Shown here one piece after another: positions 24,542 through 35,280 of a stretch of 64,000 bases of DNA. The number at the start of each line of letters is the position of its first letter. Within the stretch, counting starts at the first letter, position 1. Where the stretch lies: positions 248,001 to 312,000 of the forward strand of contig BCIN01000009.1 in assembly GCA_039545335.1 (NCBI GenBank). Reading direction: 5' to 3'. This stretch comes from Kondoa subrosea (Eukaryota). The position numbers and the translations under genes were made by a program. The notes below the pieces were generated by a model, which saw nothing but the letters and a program-made list of their open reading frames with translations, was not told where the DNA came from and did no database searches.

Positions 24542-27500
24542 TTATTGAGGTGGAGCCGGTGAGGCTGCCAGACCAGGCATAGGACCTCCTGGGCTATCAA
24601 TTCCCCCGGGCAACGATGGTTCACTTCCATGCGACGATCCTTGTCCTCCCAATGGCTATATAGAACATCAGTAAAGTTGACATTCACAACAACAAGGAAT
24701 TCTGACTGACAGTACTGACACCGGGTGTGCTCTCGCCCAGTGTCTCCGCAACACTATCATCCTCGAAAGGTCGCTTGCCGATCAAGCGAATCACATCTTC
24801 CCTGTTGAGCACTTCCTTCTCCAGCAGTAGCTTAGCTAGCTTCTCTACATCGTCTTTGTGCTTCGTCAAGAGCGCTGTCGTGCGTTCATGGACAGTGTGA
24901 ACCATCTTCCGTACGGCTTCGTCGAGCTTCTCGCCGGTCTTCTCGCTGAACGGTTTCTGGAAAGATTCGTTGTCCCTGTTGCCGTAAGAGATGGGACCAA
25001 GATCTGTGGCAAAAATGAGACACAAGCCAAATTGAAATCTCATTTCACTAACCAGGTTCCATGCCGTAGTTGGCGCAAATTTCGAAGGCCATTTTGGCTT
25101 AAATCATATACTTCAGCCTGTTGTTCACGCGGGAAACCAAGAAACAAAACCTACTGATCTTCTGGAGGTCATCCTGAGCTCCTGTGGTTATTTTAGAAAA
25201 GAAGATCTCTTCGGATACTCTTCCCCCAAGCCTGAAAAGATCAATATGCTCATTAGTTTGAGGGTCATCGAAGTACCAGAAAGAGCAAGCACGCACGTCA
25301 TACACATTCTGTCCATCAGCTGTTCCGTTGTGTACAAGAAGCGCTCCTTCGGCTGTTTTTCATCAGATAACAATCAGGGATGGACGACCAATCTCATTTC
25401 AACGCTTACTAGATATGAAGCGTATCCAAGTGCACCAACACCTCGAGGTACGATAGAGACTTTCCTACGGCAATTAAGAAGCACAGATATCAGCGAACAA
25501 TGACGTTGCTATCAAGAGGATATTGGCAAACAGAAGAGGATCCGCGAACTCAAGGAACCAGCCACAGACCTGTTTGAGCAAAACAAAACAGTTTTAAACA
25601 AATATTTCCACTTGCAAATCGAAATTCACTCACAGCATGACCAGCTTCATGATACGCTACAGTCTTCTTCTCCTCTTTGCTTAGCACTCTTGACTTCCTC
25701 TCTAGACCAGCAATGACTCGTTCAATAGCCATTTCGAAATGTTTCTCTTGAACGAAATTGGCATTCAACCTAGCTGCCACTAAAGCCGCTTCATTGCATA
25801 CGTTTGCAATATCGGCTCCTGAGAACCCGGGTGTATGTGCTGCTAATTTCTGAGATAGTTTAGAAATAATGGGTGAAGTCGGGACTGCATCTGGAGTAGG
25901 TGCCGAATACATGGATTCAAAGGCAGAAGTACTAGGACGAGAAGGTTCATCAATGATTTCTTCTGATGTGTCGATGGAAGAAGTAGCAGATGGTGAAGCA
26001 GAAGCAGTAGCTGTCGATATACCTCCAAGAGCGACTTGAGGATTATCGGCATGTTCGGCTGATGTTTCATTGTTCTCTGCATCGAGCTTCGCTTTAGCAT
26101 CGAACTCATCCGCCTTTTCTGCCGTCAAGATAAGGGATTTGAGGTGAACTTTGAAAATTTGTCTTCGTCCAGAAACATCTGGTAAGCCGATTGCTATTTG
26201 TCTATCGAAACGACCAGGTCGCATAAGAGCAGGATCCAAAACATCCGGTCTGTTTGTGCCGGATAAAACAACGACATGTTCTGAAGTGCCAAATCCGTCC
26301 ATTTCGACCAAAAGTTGATTGAGCGTGCTTTCTCTTTCATCATTTCCACCAAAGCTCCCTCCCTTTCCACGAGCTTTACCAATCGCATCAATTTCATCCA
26401 CGAAAATAATACAAGGTGCATTCTTGCGTGCATTGGCGAAAAGGTCGCGAACTCGAGAAGGACCAACACCGACAAACATCTCGACGAATTCAGATCCAGA
26501 AACAGAAAGGAAAGGAACGCCAGCTTCTCCTGCAGTTGCTTTAGCCAACAAAGTCTTTCCTGTTCCTGGTGGACCGGAAATGATTGCACCTCGAGGAATC
26601 TTTGCTCCTAGTCGTTCGTATTTAGTAGGGTCTTTGAGGAACTTGACGAATTCCATGATTTCTTCTTTAGCTTCATCCATTCCTGCCACATCGTTGAATT
26701 TGACTTTGATATCGGTTTCTTGCTGTTATCCGTTTCAAGCTCAGTTACAACACGCAATTGGAACTGGAACCTCAAACTGACGTTGAACATCTTAGCCCTA
26801 CTCTTGCCCATGCCAAAGATTCCACCTGGACCTCCTCCGCCAAATGGTGATCCGCCTCCACCAGCACCACCTGCTGATCTTCTCATAGCCCAAAACAAGA
26901 AGCCACCCAACAACAAAGTAGGAGCGAAATTGAGTACAGTATTGAAGATCCCAACTTCATCATGATAAGCAACTGGAACTCTTTCGCTTGAAGGAATCTG
27001 CAATTCGTTCTGTGCGTCATCCAATTTCCTTTCCAAAGCTTCAACTGAACCAATAGAGAAATAATAATTAGCTCTACCATCAGCTGCAGGTGATTGTGGG
27101 TATAAAACTCCTGTTGCGTTTGAATGTAAGTGAACTCGAACTTGTTTTCTGTTGACGACTGTTAATTTATCTACTAATCCTTTATCTAGGAAAGCGGTTC
27201 TGAATTCTTGCCAAGTGATTTCTCGACCATTATCTCCATTTGTGAGGTAATATAAGGAATAAAGTGTACCGGCTGTTAAAGCTAAGACGGCAAAGGAGGG
27301 CGGCTGAGGTGGTGTACCAGGAGAAGGGTTCTCTTTGTTTGAACTGCTGTTGTTGGCTTTACCAGATTTGGTTGACGATGATTTAGCAGTTGATCGACCT
27401 GTTAGACCTCCAAAGAATTCTTCAAGACCTATGTCCATCACACACATCAGTATACTGTGTACAGCCACACACAGCGGGTGACAGGGTAAAGCTGACCAGG

Positions 27501-27779
27501 TGGTATAGCATCTCTACGTTTACTTGAAGCTGACTTTGGAGTTTTGTCTTCTTTAGCCTGCTCTTGTACTGACTCCTCTTGCGATTTCTTGCTCTTTGCA
27601 GTCTGAGAGGAAGCAGGCAAGTCTTTAGATTCAGTGGCGTAGGATCGTCGAATCAATGCATTGCAAGTGTTACGATTTAGTGATAGAAATGTGCCGGCGG
27701 GCTGCTGCTGATGCTTCGCTGCTGTTGTGATGGCTACTCGTCGGCTGGATTGGCCTATCGAGCGTAGTGAGGCGTGCAT
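24542..27779 (-). CDS. AFG3: Mitochondrial m-AAA protease (Afg3/Yta12, FtsH family)
   Basis: Presequence-like N-terminus, [49 protein letters not shown] zinc motif, [14 protein letters not shown]3 versus YTA12 not resolvable by eye. Confidence 0.93.
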
Positions 27780-28640
27780 GTAACAAGTAGTATATCGATG
27801 TATCAAGTCAAGACCGAAGTGACGAATTCAAACGCTCATGGAGTTGATAATTCGGATCAACAAGGGCTGAGGTGGAGGTCTACGACGCGGTTGGTAGGGA
27901 TGGTATTCGTAGCATTATATTACGGCTGTACACGATCCCTTTTGAGCCTTTTGACCATCTCGATACGGTTTGCGCGCTTTCCCGGCGCATTGATCTTTCG
28001 AATAATGGAATCACTTACTAGGCAGATTGCAGAGTGAGCTCAGCAATCGTTTAATTCAGTCTATAAGATAGAAAGTACCAGACAACACTTAGATCAGCCG
28101 TTGTAGTCGATGAAAGGAAAAAGCAGATCAAGCGACTTTCCTGCACAATATTGTCGACGAGGATAGAACAGACGAAGTGCCTTAGCCGAGGATACCATGT
28201 AAAACTTGATTGATCCGCATTTTCATGGAATTAGAACAAAAGAGGGCAAGAGAGAAAATAGTCAGATGAATGTGCAGGAACTCGACTTGGTAGAGAAATG
28301 CTGATAAAATACAGGGAAGCCAAAACAGAGGCAGTCCGATTAGCCACGGCAAGCAGCAATGTCCAGAAAAGACAAAAGGGGGAAGTGTCTTGATCAGCAA
28401 AAAGCAAAACAGAATTTTGATAAGCTAGGGCAGAACGAGGGTAGGATTGGGAGGAGAACCACACTAGGCAAAATATTGCATTGGAGGTGCTATGATCTCG
28501 CAATGTTGAAAAACCCATAGATTGCATATCGGAATCGGATTTAGACATGGCGAAAATCCAATAGGACAGTCTATTCAATCAAACACAGTCAGTTTTCCGC
28601 TCTCAAAAAGTATACTAGTTAGAGGAAGAGTAGAGCTAAA

Positions 28641-28763
28641 CTGCTCAGATAAAAAAGTTGATTGCCATTGCGAATAATATTGACCAAGCGAAGCAAGCTT
28701 CGAGAGGAAATAGTTCTCGCTAGAATAAGAGGTGCCAGTCACACGGTTGTAACATCGTTGCAG
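28641..28763 (-). ncRNA. Candidate intron-encoded box C/D snoRNA
   Basis: CTGC-A-ACGATGT (degenerate box C) ... CTGA-GCAG (box D plus 4-bp closing stem) inside a 238-nt GTAAGT...AG intron (28808-28571), about 50 nt before the branch point. Confidence 0.45.
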
Positions 28764-29181
28764 AGAATGGAGAAAAAGACAACGAAGAGGAAACAAAGCT
28801 GGACTTACGAGACTAATAGACTGGGCAAGGGATTGGTCGGTGTTACTGGACAATAGGATCTGCTATGCAAACTTGCTACCATTCGCGCAGGCAAGTAATC
28901 CCAAAGACAGGTTTTATACCTTTAGCAAATTCGGCGCAATGCAGGTGAGACTGCCGCCACCGGGTAGTCTCTGTCAAGCAGCTACAGAGTCTGTGTGGTG
29001 CAGTATAATCTTCAACCAACAAGGAGGTCGTACGTGAGCAAGAGAATCGAGGCGAAAAATCGAAAAATTCTGGCTCAAAGTCGGCAAATAGGCTTGTTCT
29101 GAACCAAGACTTGTGAGTCCTCGCTGCGTTATACCTGTGTCCCTGTGCCACGTAACTCATCAACACCACCTCAACAGCATC

Positions 29182-30376
29182 ATGGCCTCTGCACAAATCT
29201 CCAAGCGCAGGAAATTCGTACAAGGTTCGATTTTGTTGCACATATATCTCTCGATCTGCCCTGATCTCATTGCCCCTGTATAGATGGTGTCTTCTACGCC
29301 GAATTGAGCGAATTCTTCACTCGCGAACTCTCATCTGAAGGTTACTCTGGTTGCGAAGTTCGAGCTGCCCATGCTAGAACAGAAATTATCATTCGTGCTA
29401 CTCACACTCAAGAAGTTTTGGGTGAAAAGGGACGCAGGATTAGAGAGTTGACTGCTTTGGTTCAAAAGAGATTCAAGTTCGGTGAAGGCGCTGTTGAACT
29501 TTACGCTGAAAAGGTGCGGGATCGACATGCATTAATGGGTATGAAGCTCATATTGTGCATGGTTGCGCTGTACAGGTCCAGAACCGTGGTCTATCAGCTA
29601 TCGCTCAGTGCGAATCTCTTCGATACAAGCTTTTGGGCGGTCTTGCCGTTCGTCGGTCAGTCGATTGTGTTAATTAGCTGCGAACTCGGCTGAATTCTAA
29701 CAATGCTGACAGTGCATGCTATGGTGTGCTCCGATTCATCATGGAATCCGGCGCAAAGGGTTGCGAAGTTGTCGTTTCCGGCAAACTTCGTGCTGCTCGT
29801 GCCAAGTCCATGAAGTTCACTGATGGCGTAGGTCGCTGCTCGGATCACCTACTTATAGAGCTGATAGTGGAGTGCGGACTACAGTTCATGATCCACTCCG
29901 GTCAACCCGCAAGAGATTTCGTTGATGAAGCAGTTAGACACGTACTTCTACGTCAAGGTGTACTCGGTATTAAGGTCAAGATGTGCGTTAAACGCATGAT
30001 CATGCCATTTCGAGGCTCATCATTATTTTACAGTATGCACGGTTGGGACCCAGAAGGTCGCACTGGTCCAAGCAAGCCTTTGCCAGATATGGTCACCATT
30101 ATTGAACCCAAAGAAGGTAACTCTATCCCCTAAAACTTCTTTGAAAGAAGAGAAAGGTCCTGATTTCTTTCTTTCTTTTTCTTTCTCAGAAATTGCTCAC
30201 GCTCAGCCTATCTCCGAAAGCAAGGGGTACGTCTTCGCACTTCTGTTCTCAGCAATTTCTGTTTGCTTATTGCTAGCCAATCTTACAGTGCTCAAGAAGT
30301 CCAGCTACCACCTCAACAGCAAGAGCAAGGAGTTGCTGTTGCACCGGAAGAACAGCTCGCTACTGCCGACTATTGA
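29182..30376 (+). CDS. RPS3: 40S ribosomal protein S3 (uS3), multi-exon
   Basis: [67 protein letters not shown]. Confidence 0.98.
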
Positions 30377-30689
30377 TTGCATATTGATTTCTCTTTGACC
30401 ATTGCACTGTTACCTGATCACTGTGTTCTCCTTACTGCTTCTCTCTATCTCATCTCCCTGAATTCAATGTTCAGCGCCTTATTTGTATTTTCCTCTGCTT
30501 TTCATGTCAATCACGTACAGCCACTTTTGCCAGCCAGTTCCTGTTGGCTATTTCAAGTCGCCTTGTAGTAAACTGCCTGTGTATCAGCCGCAACCGCAAT
30601 AGCTGGATTTCGAATCGATCGTCCAAACCAAAAATACTCGGGCACTCAAAAAGGGTTCAGTTCCTCCTTTTCTTCTCTTTCTTTCTCAT

Positions 30690-31240
30690 CCCACATCGAC
30701 TTCTTCTCTGTGAGCTTTCCCACTCCTTCTGCCTTGATCTCTTGCTGATTAGTCTCTCTTTCTAGATTTCGCTCATTTGGTCGTGCACCAAGGGGATCCG
30801 CCAGAATAGTCAAGAGGGATGAATGCACTATCTTGACGTACCCAGCAGGCCGAACTCCTATCATCACAGAGATTTTCTCTTACATACGAGTTTGGCCAAG
30901 GCTGCGGTATAGGGATAAGATGCCGTGGAATGCTTACATTCCCCCTCGCCGGCGTCTATTTGCTTCTTCTCCTTTTACGATAAGGAATCGACGAAGAGTG
31001 AGAAAGCCGAGTAATATATACCCCTCTCAAGAGAAGATACTACTACTACCACTCTATTAAGAACGGATAAAGAAAATGAAAATGAGACTTGTGTTGCATT
31101 GACTAGCATGTACATTTGTGTGATATTGGATCTTTCATTTGTCCTGTATTGCGCAGTTCCCATTTTGTTTCACTGTTCTAAATTTTTCCCCTTTTCTCAA
31201 TGCCTTTCTTAACTCACTACTGACCATGTCCGACGCTCAG
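30690..31240 (+). ncRNA. Candidate spliced, structured non-coding RNA
   Basis: CT-rich start region, canonical intron 30710-30765, then consecutive hairpins 30807-31000 with G-U pairs favouring the + strand; no convincing ORF. Confidence 0.35.
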
Positions 31241-31491
31241 GCTAGCTACGAATTGGTTAAAGTGCTGCTTCACTTCTATCTCATAGCCTGCTGTGATCGA
31301 TTCAATTCAAAGCACCGACTTCAGATGCCGCATCATGTACATGATGACTATGAATTTGATGGATAACGCAGATTATCACTTTTATACGTTGGAACATGAC
31401 TATGTGAACTATTTACAAACGACTGAACAGGCTTCTGGTAGAGTATTAGTTTTATACTGCAAAGGTCCATCCATTTTATATGCATGACTTT

Positions 31492-33679
31492 TCAGGACAT
31501 GTCATAGGTCCTGACACTAGCGATCTCCCAGCTGTACAAAGATACTCAGAATTGTTGAAAGATTGCGCTAGTTAACAGTAAGAGCTTACTAAGCCTCATC
31601 GAAGTTAGAACCTGTCATAACCTGCTCGGTACAGCTGCCAGGACAGCCATCGTTCTGACCATAGACACTTCCAGCCCTGTAAGCTACGGTTAGAAGTGAA
31701 AGAAATCCTGTCAAAGGCCATCTCACCAATCACCACAAAGAGTCGTGTTCTGGGCGAAATTAGAACTTGTTAGACGAGCTTGACAGAGCAGGCTTACGAT
31801 CACTATAGTCTGAGGCTTGAAATATGAGTTGTTGCACGTCGACTTCATGCTGAAACTAGCAGTCGGTCGACCCCAATTCGTCAACTGGGTAATCCAATCA
31901 ATTGATATTCAAGCAGCGAAGGACAAAGACATCACACACATCAGGATTCATCGAAGTCAGATCTGCTGGAATGTTTGCTCGAGGGAAGAACCACATTGAG
32001 ATGGCGTCATCCGTCCAAAGAGTAGCAAATACGCCTGATAAAGATAAGCACTCGGCATTCTTCTGGACGTATACAGAGATTGAACAACGAACCTCCACCA
32101 TTACTGTTCAAGCCAGCACCAAACGATTGTTGATTGGTATCTTGTGTGCCGCAACCAACATTGCTGTTTCGATAAGCGTAGCAATCGGTAGTGAGCGTGT
32201 TGCCAGTTTGACTTTGAGCTGGAGTTGCCCAACATCCATCAGAAGTGTGTAGAGCTGATTTCAATGTCCTTAAGCAATGAGGGTCTCAATACAGAGAAGA
32301 ATCAACTGACTGTACTGATTCTGCGTTTGCATATTCACTCCTTCGAGGATATCGATTTCGCCTCCATTCTGTCTAGAATGAGCATCTAAAACAAATGTGA
32401 CTGCTCTAAGGACTTACAGGCCAATCGGGTCCAACACTTGTCTGAACATCAGCAAATTTCGAGCATTGCTTGACAGAAGCTTACGTCCAGAAAGCTGAAC
32501 CAGGATAAGATCAGCGACTGAACCTGGGAATACAGCAAAGGAGGCTGACCTGGCCAAGTCGCACACCCAGACGCTAAATAGAAATTCATTGAACAATGCA
32601 GTTATCGGAGGAAGAAATACACTCACGCATATGTATTACATCGAGAACCAAGAGTTGATTTATATTCCACGGTATGTTTGAAGTCATGCGAATTGAGTTT
32701 CTATACTGACCCCAAGCTAGATCTTCAGAATTGTCGACCTTGAGAATAATATTGTTTTGTTGGTTAACGTAAGCTAAACTATAGTCTTGAACATAATTGA
32801 CGGAGCCTCGGGTGGGATCGGCCTGTTGTAACGCATTGAGATTTAGTCTGCATGATGAAAAGCGATGATGTACCCAAGTGAAGTATGAGAAACCGTTGAA
32901 GAAGTCGTATCCAACGTAATTGTTGAGCAGCCTCTGTATAAAGACATTGAGGATATGCCCGGATGGCAGAGGATTTGGAACTTACACTTGGAGCTGGACT
33001 TGGATTCGGGCTAGGTGAAGGGATTGAATCAGTCTGACAGTCGCAAGTTGCTGGTACTTCTACTGACACGGTCACGGTCGCAACAGGGGGAACAGAAACG
33101 ACCGGGACGTCTGGAATTAGGCGGTCTGGTTGAGTGAACTGAGTGCAGCCTGATCCGTCTGCTGATGTTGTGAAGCCAGGCATGCAACGAAAACCGCATA
33201 CTCCGTTGTCTTGACATAATTGAGTTGCTGTAGATCGGTTTACTATGAGAACCAGTATCATGGATAGAGTAAACCTACAATTGGGAGGTAAATTTGCAGC
33301 ACATTGCGAATCTACGATACATATAGTCAGATATATACGAAGGCGATGCAGAGAGGTACGTACGTTTTGTACAGCGTTTGCTGTTGCAATTTACGCCAGA
33401 CCAACCGTCAGTGCATCTCCATCCACAGATCCCATTATCCATACATCTGTAAGTACTATTCTTTGGTCGAAGCTGGTTGATGCAATGAGAGTTCCTTGTA
33501 CATGTGACTGCAGATTGTCTTTTAGCTAAAGATTGATGTGCTGCGAAATCTGGATCCAAATGAAATGAAGCTTTGGCGGATCCTATGCGGAGCAAGTTCG
33601 GATCAGGCTAGCTAGTCTGAAGTATCTTGTATGACTTACCTATTATGCTCAATGATAGTAGAGCGATCAGCAATTTCAT
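31492..33679 (-). CDS. Secreted GH16 endo-1,3(4)-beta-glucanase with N-terminal Cys-rich repeats
   Basis: Signal peptide [17 protein letters not shown] site, [24 protein letters not shown] catalytic ExDxx[22 protein letters not shown]. Confidence 0.9.
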
Positions 33680-34303
33680 GTTTGCCAGAGAAAGTGGATC
33701 AACAATCAACAAAACGGATTGTAATGCAGTTCTCGTTGTTTTGTTTGTTTCTGAAGGATTGTGTTGAAGCAGGAATGCCAGTGAGGAGTCAGAATGTCGT
33801 GTTTGCTGTAGATCACGACAAACAGTAGAAGAATGCGCGGAAACAAGAAGCTTTGTGAAATGCCAGTTGAGATTTCGGCTTGGCATGCCGGGGCGGAATC
33901 AAGGGAATCAAGGATGCCAGAGATAGACAAAAGAGAGTGGCAGGGCTTGTCCAGCAGTCACGAAGCGAGATCAAGAGCGACGCGAGCGAGAAAGGGATGC
34001 TGCAAATAGTCTGTTGGCATGATTGAACTTTGAAGCCTGAGGCATCTTGCTTTCATGTTTGTCTTGCGTGTAGAGCTCTGCAAACGCATGCCGATACATC
34101 ATGAGATCCACAGCATGGCAAGGTCTTCGATAGGCAAAAGAGATCCTACCATGACGACGCCGTACAGACAGAGACTGATACAGGTAGACAGATGAGAGTA
34201 ACAGAGAGGAATAGACGACTAGATAGCACAGAAGCAAAGAGAGAATGGGCCGCCAAAGTGCCTTCGAGGAGACAGCATCTTGATGCCTTTTCAAGCCAAA
34301 ACG

Positions 34304-35098
34304 ATGATACTAAGCGTCCTGGTGATCAACAACATAGGCAAACCACGCTTGACCAAGTTCTATTCGCCTTCATGCAGCGCAACGCACACCAGAACCCAGC
34401 TGGTGTCCAAGATCTTTACCGCAATTCAAGACCGACCTGATGCTTTATGCAATTTTGTGGATCTGCCAGTATGCGAGGGCTTGACGCAGCCTGCGAGGAT
34501 CGTGTATAGGCACTATGCAACACTCTACTTCATCTTCTTGGTCGATGAGGCAGAAAGCGAGTTAGGAATACTCGACTTGATACAGGTGAGCATGGCTCAA
34601 GCGATGTTCCCTCTCGGTGTATGCAGCAGTCTTATAAATTTATCGCTGTACTCAAAGGTCTTTGTCGAATCGCTGGATAGGTGCTTTGAAAACGTCTGCG
34701 AGCTGGATCTCATCTTTCACTTTGACGAGGTCAGCGCTTTGTATTATTAAGCCTGATCGATCGACTGATTAGGTCCTCAACAGGTTCATACATTACTGTC
34801 GTGTATAGTTGTCGGCGGCATGGTGATGGATGTAAGTCCAGCTTTTCACTCGCATTGTCACTGACGCCAAAGCTATATACAACAGACGTCAATAGACAGC
34901 ATAGCACAGAATTTCAAGGCGAACAGTAAGATTCACTGTCAACTTTGTCTGAAATCCATTACTGACTTCAATTGCAGCGAAATTGCGCAAACAATCGACC
35001 AATGCGGAAAATATAACTGCTTCCCTCTCTTCTACAAGTCTGGCTTCTTTCCAAGGCAGCGGATGGGCAAGCAAGCTAAGGGGTTTAGGACAATCATG
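34304..35098 (+). CDS. APS3: AP-3 adaptor complex sigma subunit
   Basis: MILSVLVINNIGKPRLTKFY, LCNFVD, YRHYATLYF, ESELGILDLIQVFVESLDRCFENVCELDLIFHFDEVH. Confidence 0.93.
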
Positions 35099-35280
35099 AT
35101 TGTGAGATATTTTGTAGGTATTCATTGTAACATTTTTGCATCGTGAAAAAGGGGAAATACATTTCGTCATGACCAGCAGGATGAGGGATATACAACAACA
35201 TTACTTAAGTGATTATTTTCCCACACTCGAGAGAACAGGCTTGGTGCTGCAGACAGCTTTTACAAAGTGACCTTTCTCCG

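Noticed and set aside
25086..25110. GGCCATTTTGGCTTAAATC resembling the U2 snRNA 5' end
   Set aside because: No GTGTAGTA branch-pairing sequence; lies antisense within the protease gene
30970..30982. CCTTTTAC resembling U5 loop 1
   Set aside because: Not the invariant GCCTTTTAC in a proper stem, and no clear Sm site
31341..31426. ATGATGA...CTGA box C/D-like pair on the + strand
   Set aside because: Weak closing stem, no recognisable guide, no clear host intron, and it probably overlaps the GH16 3' UTR; chance is plausible
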